Assembly: GCA_011364975.1 (NCBI GenBank)
Contig: RDOE01000004.1
Location: forward strand, 14,205 to 78,204
DNA length: 64,000 nt
From: Promethearchaeota archaeon
GTDB lineage: Archaea > Asgardarchaeota > Lokiarchaeia > Sigyniarchaeales > SOKP01
Direction: 5' to 3'
Shown one piece after another: positions 47,565 to 57,814 of the stretch. The notes under the pieces were generated by a model that worked only from the letters and a program-made list of their open reading frames with translations, was not told the origin of the DNA and did not search any database. Each line of letters begins with the position of its first letter. Positions within the stretch are counted from its first letter, which is position 1. The translations under genes were made by a program, and so were the position numbers.

Positions 47565-49103
47565 ATGAAATTAAAAATTAAAAAAATTAGTTTTGAGTCT
47601 GGAAATATTAAAAATGTGATTATAAATAGTAAGGATGCTCATGAGCTAGGTCAGAAGGCTGGGGAAAGAGTAATTTTAAAAAATCCTCATTCTAAAACCA
47701 TTGAAGATAAATATTGGGTTTCGATTTTGCAGATAGATCATTCAAATTCCTTGGTTCAACCCGGAGAGATAGGAATATTTAAAGACATTTTTAACGATAA
47801 GAAATATTTGAAAGAAAATGTCATTCTTTCAATTAAACCAGCGGATCCTCCTGATTCTTTTAAATATATTCAAAGAAAAATCAAAGGGGGTAAACTTACC
47901 ACAGAAGAAATTAATAGTATTATTTCAGATGCAGTATCTGGCTCATTATCTCGTATAGATTTAGCAGCCTTTATTACAGCTGTTGCAATTAATGGCATGG
48001 ATAATGAAGAAATGACATCATTAACGTTATCAGAAGCTAGAAGTGGAGAGATCTTTGATTTTGGTCCAGAAGTTTACGATAAGCATTCAACTGGAGGAGT
48101 TCCTGGCAATAAAGTCTCATTACTTATTGTTCCTATAGTCGCAGCTGCAGGATTAACTATTCCAAAATCATCAACAAGGGCAATTACTTCACCCTCAGGA
48201 ACAGCAGATTCAATGGAAGTACTTGCACCCATTGCATTCTCTCCTGAAGAGTTAAAAACTATCGTTTCAAAAGAAAAAGCATGTATCATTTGGGGAGGAG
48301 CACTAAACACAGCCCCTGCTGATAACATTTTAATTGAAATTGAACGTCCCTTGCATATGGATCCAATTGGATTAATGATTCCTTCTATACTAACTAAAAA
48401 ATTAAGCTTAGGGGTGAAAAAACTAGTTCTCGACATTCCTGTTGGAGAAGGAACTAAGTTCCCCACTCCAGATAATGGAAAGCAATTTGCTTATCTATTT
48501 AAAGAGATTGCTAAAAATGTTGGTTTAGAGGTCGAATGTGCATTAACTTTAGCCCATCAACCCATCGGTCATGCGATTGGACCAGGTATAGAAGCAAAAG
48601 AAGCACTTAATCTTTTAAAAGACTATTCTGCCGGTCCTAATTCCTTAATTGAGAAATCAACAGATTTAGCCGGTATATTATTGGAAATGGGTGGTAAAGC
48701 TCAAAAGGGAAAAGGACAATCCTTAGCAAAAGAAATATTAAAGTCTGGAAAAGCTTATAAAAAAATGCAAAGGATCATTGAAGCCCAAGGAGGTAATCCT
48801 GAGATTTCTCCTGAAGATATAAAATTAGGTCCTCATATTAAGGAATTCTATGCGTTAAAAGAAGGGCATATAACTCAAGTAAACAATGCTATAATCAATC
48901 AAATAGCTAAAGCTGCTGGGTGTCCCTTTTCTAAAAGTGCGGGAGTAGAGATTTTTAGGAAACAAGGCGCTCGGATTAAAGAAGGCGAGTTAATATTTAA
49001 AGTGTATTCTGAAAGTCAAAATAAGATTAAGAAAGCAGAAAAAATCTTTAATGCAACTGGCGGTCCTATAATTTTAGGGGGAATGATGATAGAGAGAATC
49101 TAA
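47565..49103 (+). CDS. deoA: AMP phosphorylase (archaeal thymidine phosphorylase family)
   Basis: DKHSTGGVPGNK, PKSSTRAITSPSGTAD.MEVL, IIWGG...APAD, QPIG.AIGP..EA.EAL, and an N-terminal extension typical of AMPpase. Confidence 0.92.
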   Translation: MKLKIKKISFESGNIKNVIINSKDAHELGQKAGERVILKNPHSKTIEDKYWVSILQIDHSNSLVQPGEIGIFKDIFNDKKYLKENVILSIKPADPPDSFKYIQRKIKGGKLTTEEINSIISDAVSGSLSRIDLAAFITAVAINGMDNEEMTSLTLSEARSGEIFDFGPEVYDKHSTGGVPGNKVSLLIVPIVAAAGLTIPKSSTRAITSPSGTADSMEVLAPIAFSPEELKTIVSKEKACIIWGGALNTAPADNILIEIERPLHMDPIGLMIPSILTKKLSLGVKKLVLDIPVGEGTKFPTPDNGKQFAYLFKEIAKNVGLEVECALTLAHQPIGHAIGPGIEAKEALNLLKDYSAGPNSLIEKSTDLAGILLEMGGKAQKGKGQSLAKEILKSGKAYKKMQRIIEAQGGNPEISPEDIKLGPHIKEFYALKEGHITQVNNAIINQIAKAAGCPFSKSAGVEIFRKQGARIKEGELIFKVYSESQNKIKKAEKIFNATGGPIILGGMMIERI

Positions 49104-49110
49104 ATATATT

Positions 49111-50640
49111 ATGAATTACGAACCGAGAACTAGAGAAATGCCTTTAACTCCAGAAGCAATACTTAACGACTTTAAGAATAATGACTTAGATAAAACTTCT
49201 ACTATTGATTTATTAATTTCATTAATAGAAAATGCTGAAAATATTAAAACAAGACTTGAAAGCATAGAAGTTCTTGAAAAAGTTAACTTTAAGGACACAG
49301 TAATCTTTAATATTTTAGAAAATTTACTAATAGCTGATTCTAATGAAGATATTAGATGTCGTGCGGCTGAAGCTCTAAAAAGGCTCTTCCTTGACGATAG
49401 TATATCCCCTTTAAAATGGGCTCTTCAAAATGAGCGCTCTCTGAAATGTTGCCTTTGTATGTTAAATCTTCTTGGCGACTTAAGTTCGATTAAGGCAAGG
49501 AATATCTTAATTAAAAAAATTCATGAAATTAAAAGGAAAAAATATAGATACAACATTCAAAGTCTTTTGAATGATTCTATTGTAAACAATCTTTCTAATA
49601 GCGAACTCTCTGAAATTCTCATCAATTTTTTTGTAATCTCTTTTCTAAAGGCAAAATTTGGTTACATCAGTTATGAGATAAATGAGAAAGGTTTAATTCA
49701 GAAATTAGATTTATCAAATATAGATTATCAAGGTTTAGGATTAAATCGCCTAGAAAAAGCATTAGAGTGTATTTTATCGCTGTCGTATTTAAAAGAGCTA
49801 GATCTAAGCAATAACCACTTACAATTACTTCCTGATGGAATTATTAAATCAACCCACCTAGAAATATTAGATCTAAGTTTTAATAATTTGGCCAAACTAC
49901 CAGAATCGATTTCTAATTTCAAAAAACTTAAAATATTAAATTTAAAATCTAATGGTTTAAAATTTTTACCTGATTCCCTGTCTAATCTTTCTTCGCTTGA
50001 AGTATTAATATTGAGAGATAATAATCTATCTGAGTTACCTGTTTCACTTTGTTATTTAAAAAATCTTAAAGTATTAGATTTGCATCATAATGAATTAAAG
50101 CAAATTCCATACGAGACTTATTGCCTTAAGAATCTAAAAGAACTTGAATTGGGCTGGAATGATCTGGATCAAATCCCTATATCTTTAGAAAAGCTTGATT
50201 CATTAGAAAAATTGAACCTGGGTAGAAACTCTATAGAATCAATTCCAAAATGGATTGGAAATTTAAAATCTATTAAAGAGATTCACCTCTATGACAATCA
50301 CATTTCAAGATTGCCGGATAATGTGTGCTTACTTCATAATTTATTACATTTGAATTTAAGAAATAATAGATTCGATCAATTTCCTGATTGCTTGCGTTCG
50401 TTAACTTCATTAAAAATTCTAAATCTTAGTTGGAATAATTTAACCATTCTCCCACCATGGATTAATAACCTCATTAATTTAGAAGAATTAAATCTCTGGG
50501 GAAATAAAATTGATCTTATTCCCGATTCGATAGTTGATTTAAAACATATAAAAAGAATTTATTTAAATTTCAATAAGATCAAGCAAATGCCAAAAATATT
50601 AAAAGATCTTGAAGTAAATGGTGTAGTGATAACAATATAA
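49111..50640 (+). CDS. HEAT-like N-domain + leucine-rich repeat protein
   Basis: LENLLIADSNEDIR..AA..L...PLKWAL..E, then roughly a dozen 23-aa LxxLxLxxNxLxxLPxxIxx repeats. Confidence 0.9.
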   Translation: MNYEPRTREMPLTPEAILNDFKNNDLDKTSTIDLLISLIENAENIKTRLESIEVLEKVNFKDTVIFNILENLLIADSNEDIRCRAAEALKRLFLDDSISPLKWALQNERSLKCCLCMLNLLGDLSSIKARNILIKKIHEIKRKKYRYNIQSLLNDSIVNNLSNSELSEILINFFVISFLKAKFGYISYEINEKGLIQKLDLSNIDYQGLGLNRLEKALECILSLSYLKELDLSNNHLQLLPDGIIKSTHLEILDLSFNNLAKLPESISNFKKLKILNLKSNGLKFLPDSLSNLSSLEVLILRDNNLSELPVSLCYLKNLKVLDLHHNELKQIPYETYCLKNLKELELGWNDLDQIPISLEKLDSLEKLNLGRNSIESIPKWIGNLKSIKEIHLYDNHISRLPDNVCLLHNLLHLNLRNNRFDQFPDCLRSLTSLKILNLSWNNLTILPPWINNLINLEELNLWGNKIDLIPDSIVDLKHIKRIYLNFNKIKQMPKILKDLEVNGVVITI

Positions 50641-50766
50641 AGATCGAAATTTTATCATATTTCAACGATGTTAACCAAAAACTAAACTTTTTTATCCTTT
50701 TTCAAAAATTTATAAATAGAAAGAAATAAAAAAACCAAACAGCGAAGATGGGGATTATTTAACCTA

Positions 50767-51006
50767 ATGGAATCTGTTAATATTATTATTAATCAAAGTA
50801 ATTGTACGGGCTGTAGGGTGTGTCAGTTAATATGCTCTTTCTTGTATCATAATGAGTTTAACCCGAGTAAAGCTAATATTCAAATTATTGAGGAGTATGA
50901 GTTGACTCCTATCATTAAATTCATGACACAATGTAATCATTGTGGTCAATGTGCAAGAAATTGTCTCTATGATGCTTTAAAACTGGAGGTTGATGACACG
51001 AAATGA
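50767..51006 (+). CDS. 4Fe-4S ferredoxin-like subunit of AOR
   Basis: CTGCRVCQLICS..H, CNHCGQCARNC; 4-nt overlap with the following aor gene. Confidence 0.88.
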   Translation: MESVNIIINQSNCTGCRVCQLICSFLYHNEFNPSKANIQIIEEYELTPIIKFMTQCNHCGQCARNCLYDALKLEVDDTK

Positions 51007-52904
51007 ATTTTTTCGGATATACTGGAAATATATTAAACGTGGATTTAACGGCTAATCGGATTAGAATCATTAAAGAGAATATTGAAGATTTAAGAGATTT
51101 CATTGGGGGTTTTGGTATGAACTGTAAATTATTTGCAGAACTTTATCAACCAAATATAGATCCTTTTTCAACAGAAAATCCAATTATTTTTGGAACTGGG
51201 CCTTTAGTTGGTACGCTTACACCCGGGGCTTCTCGAACTGTCGCTATATCCAAATTTCCTGCTACTAACTCGATTGCTAATTCTTGTGGAAGCATGAGTT
51301 TCGGTTTTAATCTTAAACAAGCAGGTTATGACCATCTATTGGTTCAAGGAAAATCCGAGGAACCATGTTACTTATATATTTTTAATAACCATATCGAATT
51401 GTGTAATGCTTCAAATATTTGGGGAAAAGATATTATTAAATCAACTGATATATTAAGAAAGCAATATGGTTCTGGTGGAATTATTGCCATTGGTCAAGCA
51501 GGGGAGAATTTAGTAAAATCCTCATTAACCTTAATAGATAAAACTTCTACATTAGGGAGAGGAGGTCTTGGGGCGTTAATGGGCTTTAAAAACTTAAAAG
51601 CAATATTTGTAAAAGGGACTCAAGGGCTTAGCATTGCTGAGCCTAAGACCTTTAATAAGTTATATTTAAAACTTAGAGAGAGAATAAAAAGGTATCCCCA
51701 GAGATCATCATGGATAGAGCTTGGAATGTTAAGAAGCTTGCCCGTAGGGATGTTTTTACATGCAAAAGGAGAGAAGATAAAAGCTCGTCAATGTAGCGAG
51801 AAATTTTACTTAAAAAAAATGAAGAGGAGAAGGATAGCATGTCCCTCTTGTCCTATGGCAGATAAAGATATCCTTGATATTATGGAAACAGAAAATACTC
51901 ACTTAATATGCTATACTTCTTCGGTAATAAATCCATTAATGATGTTTGGGATTAATGGATTAGATTCCTATGTTCAAACAATAAAATTATTTAATATCAT
52001 AAACGGATATGGTTTAGATTCATTAACAATGACTTCCCTGTTTGAATTCATCAATAAGATGGTAGATCGTAAAGAGCTTGATCAAAAGGATATTGGTTTC
52101 AATTGGAAAGAAAATTTTGAATCTTATGAAAAGTTGCTTAACTTGGTTAAAGAGAGGAAAGGTTTTGGAGAAATTATTGCAGAAGGATGGGATAAATTAG
52201 CATCTCTTAACAAAAATTTTTCCAAAATAATGACAACAGTAAAGGGATTAGATGTAGTGTTTGAACCAAGACTTTTAAAACTAGGCACTATGGAATTTGA
52301 GCAAATTGTAAACCCTAAGGGAGCTCATGTTGCTTCAGGAGGCTCCCCCACTTATGTTGGAGCAGGTGGGTCACTTAATAAAATGCAAAGTCATTTTTAT
52401 CGTATGGGAATTCCAAAGATAGCACATAAAAGGTTATTTGTTCCTCCTAAGAAAGCGATGATAATAAACATCGGGAGAATGACTCGATATTCAGAAGATT
52501 GGTATACTATGTTAACTTCGTTGGGATTATGTGCTAGAGCGCAAATGAATCGATTTTATAATCATGAGTTAATTACTGACCTATATAATTCTATAACTGG
52601 TTTTAATCTAACTAAGGAAGATTTACGTATAGCTGCAGAAAGATCATGGAATTTACTAAAACTATTAAATGTAAAAGAGGGTTTCTCCCGTAAAGATGAT
52701 AAATATCCTGAAGAATGGTTTAATAATTTAAAATACGGTCAAAACGAGCTTAAACTTAAAGACTTTTATGGAACTACAGAAATTACTAAAAAAATTGCTG
52801 ATCAGTTATTAGAGGATTACTATGATGAACGTGGATGGAATAAAGAGAACGGCACTCCCAATTATGAAAAAATTACTGAATTGGGGTTGGAAAAATTTCT
52901 TTAG
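51003..52904 (+). CDS. Aldehyde:ferredoxin oxidoreductase family protein (divergent)
   Basis: GYTGNILNVDL, GTGPL.GT, GRGGLGALMG.KNLKA, CPSCP, GLDS, YYDERGW...G.P. Confidence 0.88.
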   Translation: MNFFGYTGNILNVDLTANRIRIIKENIEDLRDFIGGFGMNCKLFAELYQPNIDPFSTENPIIFGTGPLVGTLTPGASRTVAISKFPATNSIANSCGSMSFGFNLKQAGYDHLLVQGKSEEPCYLYIFNNHIELCNASNIWGKDIIKSTDILRKQYGSGGIIAIGQAGENLVKSSLTLIDKTSTLGRGGLGALMGFKNLKAIFVKGTQGLSIAEPKTFNKLYLKLRERIKRYPQRSSWIELGMLRSLPVGMFLHAKGEKIKARQCSEKFYLKKMKRRRIACPSCPMADKDILDIMETENTHLICYTSSVINPLMMFGINGLDSYVQTIKLFNIINGYGLDSLTMTSLFEFINKMVDRKELDQKDIGFNWKENFESYEKLLNLVKERKGFGEIIAEGWDKLASLNKNFSKIMTTVKGLDVVFEPRLLKLGTMEFEQIVNPKGAHVASGGSPTYVGAGGSLNKMQSHFYRMGIPKIAHKRLFVPPKKAMIINIGRMTRYSEDWYTMLTSLGLCARAQMNRFYNHELITDLYNSITGFNLTKEDLRIAAERSWNLLKLLNVKEGFSRKDDKYPEEWFNNLKYGQNELKLKDFYGTTEITKKIADQLLEDYYDERGWNKENGTPNYEKITELGLEKFL

Positions 52905-53040
52905 GTTACATAATTTAACGATATTTACTAGTCAAATTTTTGATTTATCTTTTATTACTTAGATTAACTGGCTAAATTAATTTGCAAATAGGAATTGATT
53001 ATAATTTGAAAAAATTAGACAGAATATAGAGCTCTGAAGA

Positions 53041-54543
53041 TTGATGAATATATCTCCAAAGGATATTCTTAATCAATATAAGTTAAAAAAGTTAGATAAA
53101 GTATCTACAATAAATCAATTAATCTCAATCGTCGAAGATAGTGAGGATTTAGCCCAAAGATTAGAAAGTATAAATGCGTTTGTTATTATCAATGCCAAGT
53201 CAGTAGCGGTTTATAAATTATTAGAAAATTTGCTCATTTCAGATACACATGAAATAGTTAGATATGTTGCTGCAGAGATATTATATAAAATTTTTCAAGA
53301 TAATGCTTTTGAACCATTAAAATGGGCATTTTTACATGAGGAATCCATAAAATGCCTTTTATTACTATCCAAAATTCTTGGAATGATCGAATCTCAAGAA
53401 TCTAAAAATTTATTATTAACAAGACTACAAAATTTCAAAAATAAAAAATTAAATCAAGATCTTAGATCTCTGCTTTTTCAAAACCCAATCGATGGACTAA
53501 CTTGTAATTTTCTATCAAATATTATTAGCAATTATTACATTATTGAGGATTTGGAAAAAAAGTTTGGTCAAATTAATTTTGAAGTTAATCATGGATTAAT
53601 ACTTGAATTAGATTTATCTGACGTGAGCAGTCATGTTTTTGGATGGACTGTTCTTGATAAATTTCCGGAGGTAATAAGAAATTTAACCTCACTAAAAGTA
53701 CTTGATCTTAAATTCAACAGATTAAAATCAGTAACTAAATCAATAAGTAGTTTAAAATCTTTAGAATATCTTGATTTGAGTTATAATAAAATAAGAGCTC
53801 TCCCAAGTTCAATTATAGAACTCAAATCTCTCAAAACTCTTATATTAAGGTATAATAAGCTTAAAAGTTTACCTTATTCTATTGGTGCACTCAAATCATT
53901 GAAAGTATTAGATTTACGAGCAAATGAATTATATTTACTACCTAAATCCATTAAAAATCTTTCAAATTTAGAGACGCTTGATTTACATGGTAACAATTTA
54001 GGAGATTTCGAATACTCTTTAAAAAAATTAAAAAACATTAAAAAAGTAGAAATTGGGTTAAATAATCTTGAAAGGCTTCCTAAATGGCTAAAATCTCTTA
54101 AGAATCTTCGATTTTTAGGGGTAGGTGGTAATAGAATAATTAATCTCCCTAAATGGCTAGCATCTTTCCATTCATTAGAAAAGTTACATCTATTTGATAA
54201 TAAGTTAACAGAACTTCCAAATAATATTGGGTCTTTGAAATCTTTATTAGAATTAACATTATGGAATAATAGTTTAGATTCATTACCTTTCTCATTTAAA
54301 AGATTAAAAAACTTAAAAGTTTTGAACTTAAGTTGGAATAAATTTAATACTTTACCGGAATGGATTGATTCACTTAGATCTCTAGAAATACTGAGTTTGT
54401 GGGGTAATAATTTATATTCTCTACCAGAATCAATTGAAAACTTAAAATCATTAAAAATTTTAGATCTTAACTTTAATAATATAAAGGAAATCCCTAAATT
54501 TTTAAAATCACTTGAGAAAGATGGATTAATAATTTATAAATAG
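53041..54543 (+). CDS. HEAT-like N-domain + leucine-rich repeat protein
   Basis: LLENLLISDTHEIVRYVAA...EPLKWAF..E, then 23-aa LRRs; C-terminus closely parallels 49111..50640. Confidence 0.9.
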   Translation: MMNISPKDILNQYKLKKLDKVSTINQLISIVEDSEDLAQRLESINAFVIINAKSVAVYKLLENLLISDTHEIVRYVAAEILYKIFQDNAFEPLKWAFLHEESIKCLLLLSKILGMIESQESKNLLLTRLQNFKNKKLNQDLRSLLFQNPIDGLTCNFLSNIISNYYIIEDLEKKFGQINFEVNHGLILELDLSDVSSHVFGWTVLDKFPEVIRNLTSLKVLDLKFNRLKSVTKSISSLKSLEYLDLSYNKIRALPSSIIELKSLKTLILRYNKLKSLPYSIGALKSLKVLDLRANELYLLPKSIKNLSNLETLDLHGNNLGDFEYSLKKLKNIKKVEIGLNNLERLPKWLKSLKNLRFLGVGGNRIINLPKWLASFHSLEKLHLFDNKLTELPNNIGSLKSLLELTLWNNSLDSLPFSFKRLKNLKVLNLSWNKFNTLPEWIDSLRSLEILSLWGNNLYSLPESIENLKSLKILDLNFNNIKEIPKFLKSLEKDGLIIYK

Positions 54544-54558
54544 AGAGGATAATTATCA

Positions 54559-55932
54559 TTGAGCCGCCAACCTACGTTAAAAAATAAAAATAAAGAATTT
54601 CAAGATAAATCACTGGAACTAAGAGAAATAATTACGATCATAGAGAATAGTATTAATAAATCCGAAAGAATTGAAAGATTAATAAAACTCAATGAATCTT
54701 TAATTAATTTTGAAAAAATTGGGATAGATAAAGAAGAAATCTTTACCTTTTTTGAAAATTTACTAATCTCTGATTCTAATGACAAAATTAGGAATGAATC
54801 CGCTGTTTTTCTCGTTAAAAATTATCCTTATAAGGCATTAGAACCTTTAAGATGGGCAATCCATCACGAGATATCACCAATTACTCTCTTAACGATCTTT
54901 GATTCAATAATTTCAATATTAGAAAGAATGGAACGTGAGAGTACTTCCCTTTTCAAACCCTATTTAATCTCAATGCTAAAACAAATGGAAGATAATGATT
55001 TTAAAGTAGGATTTCAAAAATTGCTCGATAATAAAAAAGAAGCTGATTTTGAATTTCAAGAACTTAAAGATATTTTACAGAACTATTTTGCTCTAATTTT
55101 TTTAAAAAAAAGATTTTGGCGGGTAAAGTATGAAATCCAAAATTGCAAACTTATTGAATTAGATTTCATCTTTAAAGGATTATCAAGTTTGCCAACGGTA
55201 TTAAAATATCTAATTTCGCTTAAAGTGTTAACTTTAAGGTATAATCAATTAGTCGCATTACCAGATTGGTTAGGCGATCTTAAATCTCTTGAATATCTAA
55301 ATATAAATGTCAATAATCTCAATAACCTACCTTCTTCTATTGGAAATCTTTCAAATCTGACAGAACTCTTGTTATGGAAAAATGAATTACAAATATTACC
55401 TGATTCAATCGGTTCCTTAACGTCGCTCAAAACATTAAATTTAAGGCTTAATCAACTTCAGGTATTACCTTCCTCCTTAGGAAAACTTACTAATTTGAAA
55501 GAGCTAAATCTTCATGATAACAAACTAAAATTATTACCAAAAAATTTTTCAAATTTAAAGTCATTAGAATATCTTAATTTAAGTTGGAATTCATTAGTTG
55601 AACTCCCTTCGTTAATGGGAGAGCTTCAATCACTTAGATCGCTAGATCTGGAGAGAAATGAGTTGAAGACTATTCCAGATTCAATAGGCTCATTATCAAG
55701 TTTAGAATATTTAAATTTAAAGGAGAATGAATTAGAAAGTATCCCTGAATCAATAACTGAATTAAAGAATCTAAAAATTTTGAATATTTCAAAGAATAAG
55801 CTAAAAAGTTTCCCTGAATCTATTATAAATTGCCCAAGACTAGAGGAAATATATATAGAAGATAATGAAATTGCTAATATAACTAATTATGAGTCTTTAT
55901 TGAAAGCAAAAGGAATTCATATACGTTTGTAA
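54559..55932 (+). CDS. HEAT-like N-domain + leucine-rich repeat protein
   Basis: FFENLLISDSNDKIR..A...EPLRWAI.HE, then 23-aa LRRs. Confidence 0.9.
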   Translation: MSRQPTLKNKNKEFQDKSLELREIITIIENSINKSERIERLIKLNESLINFEKIGIDKEEIFTFFENLLISDSNDKIRNESAVFLVKNYPYKALEPLRWAIHHEISPITLLTIFDSIISILERMERESTSLFKPYLISMLKQMEDNDFKVGFQKLLDNKKEADFEFQELKDILQNYFALIFLKKRFWRVKYEIQNCKLIELDFIFKGLSSLPTVLKYLISLKVLTLRYNQLVALPDWLGDLKSLEYLNINVNNLNNLPSSIGNLSNLTELLLWKNELQILPDSIGSLTSLKTLNLRLNQLQVLPSSLGKLTNLKELNLHDNKLKLLPKNFSNLKSLEYLNLSWNSLVELPSLMGELQSLRSLDLERNELKTIPDSIGSLSSLEYLNLKENELESIPESITELKNLKILNISKNKLKSFPESIINCPRLEEIYIEDNEIANITNYESLLKAKGIHIRL

Positions 55933-55945
55933 GGCGAATTAATCA

Positions 55946-57712
55946 TTATTGGGTATTATAAAGGTTTTCAATCTCATCTACAGTGGTAATATCTTTAATT
56001 CCCTTATCTGGTCTCAATCTCTGAAAAACAGGAAATCTTAATGAATATCCCAAAGAAGAAAATTTATCACTTATGGTGATTTCATCCCCAATTATTTCAA
56101 TCACTATTTCTGGTTTTAACCACTGATCTGGTTTATCATCACAATTTACTTTTGGATCTTTTTGATTAATTTCAAAATTTTTCATCTCTTCTGTCAAGGA
56201 TTCCATGATATCATCAGTCCAACCTGATGCTATTCGGGTAAACGCCTCAAATTTATCATGCTCAGCATCATATACTGCTCCAATATATGTGCCATATACT
56301 CCTTTTCTTCTGCCACGCCCATAAAACGCTCCAACTAATACTACATCAACAGAATCTTTTAATTTACCTCCTTCTAATCCTTTAAGCTTTAACCATTTAA
56401 ATCCCCGGTTTCCTGCTTGATAGATTGAATCTTCATTAATTGATTTTGCCATTACTCCCTCAGTGCCTACTTTTCGCGCTTCTTTGAAAAAATTTAAAAG
56501 TTCCTCTGTAGAATGGATAAGGACTTGCTTAACTAATTTTAACTCATCTCTTTCATTTACAATTTCTTCGAGTTGTTTTCTGCGTACTGGGAGAGATTTA
56601 TCAATATAGGATGTTTCTTCGTACTTTAAAAGATCAAAAACAAAAAGACACACTGGTACTTCTTTTGAAATATCTTCTACGTCATATTTACGACGTCTTT
56701 TACTTAATACTTGAAACGGAAGCATTTTTTCATAAAAATTATCCATTGCAACTACTTCTCCTTCAAAAATGACCTTATTAGCTTGAATATTTTCTCTTAC
56801 TACCTTACACACGTCTGGATATTGCTCAGAAACATCCAAAAGTCTTCGCGAAAATAAAATGACTTCCCCTCCCACTTTGTGGATTTGTAGTCTTTCTCCG
56901 TCGAGTTTATACTCCGCAATGAAAGGAGTACCTAATCGACTTATAAATTCAGTATAAATTTCTCTTGAAGCAAGCATACTAAGTATAGGTGTTTTATACT
57001 CTATATCAACTAATTTAACTGCGTCTAGACCTTTTTTTGCTAAAATATTAGTTATATCTCCTAAGTCGGGATGTAAACTATAAGCTTTTTCAATTATATC
57101 TTTTGTTTCTCTAGAATTAGTAAAAGAGAGTGCTAAGCCTTCTATTATTGTTGGCGTTTGAATTCCAACTCTTAATGTTGAGGTAATAATCCGCAATAAA
57201 TATTTGGTCTCAAGTGGAGAAATTTGCCTCATTAATCCTCTTAAAATACCAAGTTTAACATCATTTGAACCAGCTCCTTCTGTCAATGCAATTTTTTTCA
57301 GTTCTGAATAGAGCTCAGAAATTTCGATTGATTCTTCAACTAAATCACTCTCTGGGTGATAATCGAATAAGGATTTTTGTTTCTTCTTTTTAGAGAGAAC
57401 ATATTCAGCAGCCGCTCCAATATCTCCCATTTTAAGCAAGATATCTCTAATTTTTTTACCCTCAATTCCAGAATGCAGTGCTACTGCTTCAATTATCATT
57501 TTTTCAGCTAAACCCATTTTAGGGAATTGTTTAATATTTGAAATTAACCTCCCCTGAAGTAAATACACAATCTTATCGATATCTTCAAAATTAGCCTCCT
57601 TTTTTATATTATTAAAAAAATCAGATAAGAGGTCAATCATTTCCAACCTTTTTGAGGTAGATTCTAATTTAGAAAATAGTGTTGCGAGATATTTGAATTT
57701 CATAATTATCAT
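55946..57712 (-). CDS. lig: ATP-dependent DNA ligase (archaeal/eukaryotic type)
   Basis: Motif I EYKLDGER, FSRR, EGEVV, FDLL, EGVMAK, WLKLK, SLRFPVF.R.R.DK. Confidence 0.96.
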   Translation of the reverse strand: MIIMKFKYLATLFSKLESTSKRLEMIDLLSDFFNNIKKEANFEDIDKIVYLLQGRLISNIKQFPKMGLAEKMIIEAVALHSGIEGKKIRDILLKMGDIGAAAEYVLSKKKKQKSLFDYHPESDLVEESIEISELYSELKKIALTEGAGSNDVKLGILRGLMRQISPLETKYLLRIITSTLRVGIQTPTIIEGLALSFTNSRETKDIIEKAYSLHPDLGDITNILAKKGLDAVKLVDIEYKTPILSMLASREIYTEFISRLGTPFIAEYKLDGERLQIHKVGGEVILFSRRLLDVSEQYPDVCKVVRENIQANKVIFEGEVVAMDNFYEKMLPFQVLSKRRRKYDVEDISKEVPVCLFVFDLLKYEETSYIDKSLPVRRKQLEEIVNERDELKLVKQVLIHSTEELLNFFKEARKVGTEGVMAKSINEDSIYQAGNRGFKWLKLKGLEGGKLKDSVDVVLVGAFYGRGRRKGVYGTYIGAVYDAEHDKFEAFTRIASGWTDDIMESLTEEMKNFEINQKDPKVNCDDKPDQWLKPEIVIEIIGDEITISDKFSSLGYSLRFPVFQRLRPDKGIKDITTVDEIENLYNTQ

Positions 57713-57814
57713 TTAACCTATAATTATAAAATAAGATAATGACACTATTGAAATTCTTATTATCCTAAAAAAATGTTATTATTTAAATGAAAAATAAAAA
57801 AAAGAAGAAAAAGA

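Noticed and set aside
49700-55900. Periodic ~69-nt similarity as a CRISPR array or DNA tandem repeat
   Set aside because: The periodicity comes from 23-aa LRR coding units; there are no identical repeats with unique spacers and no cas genes.
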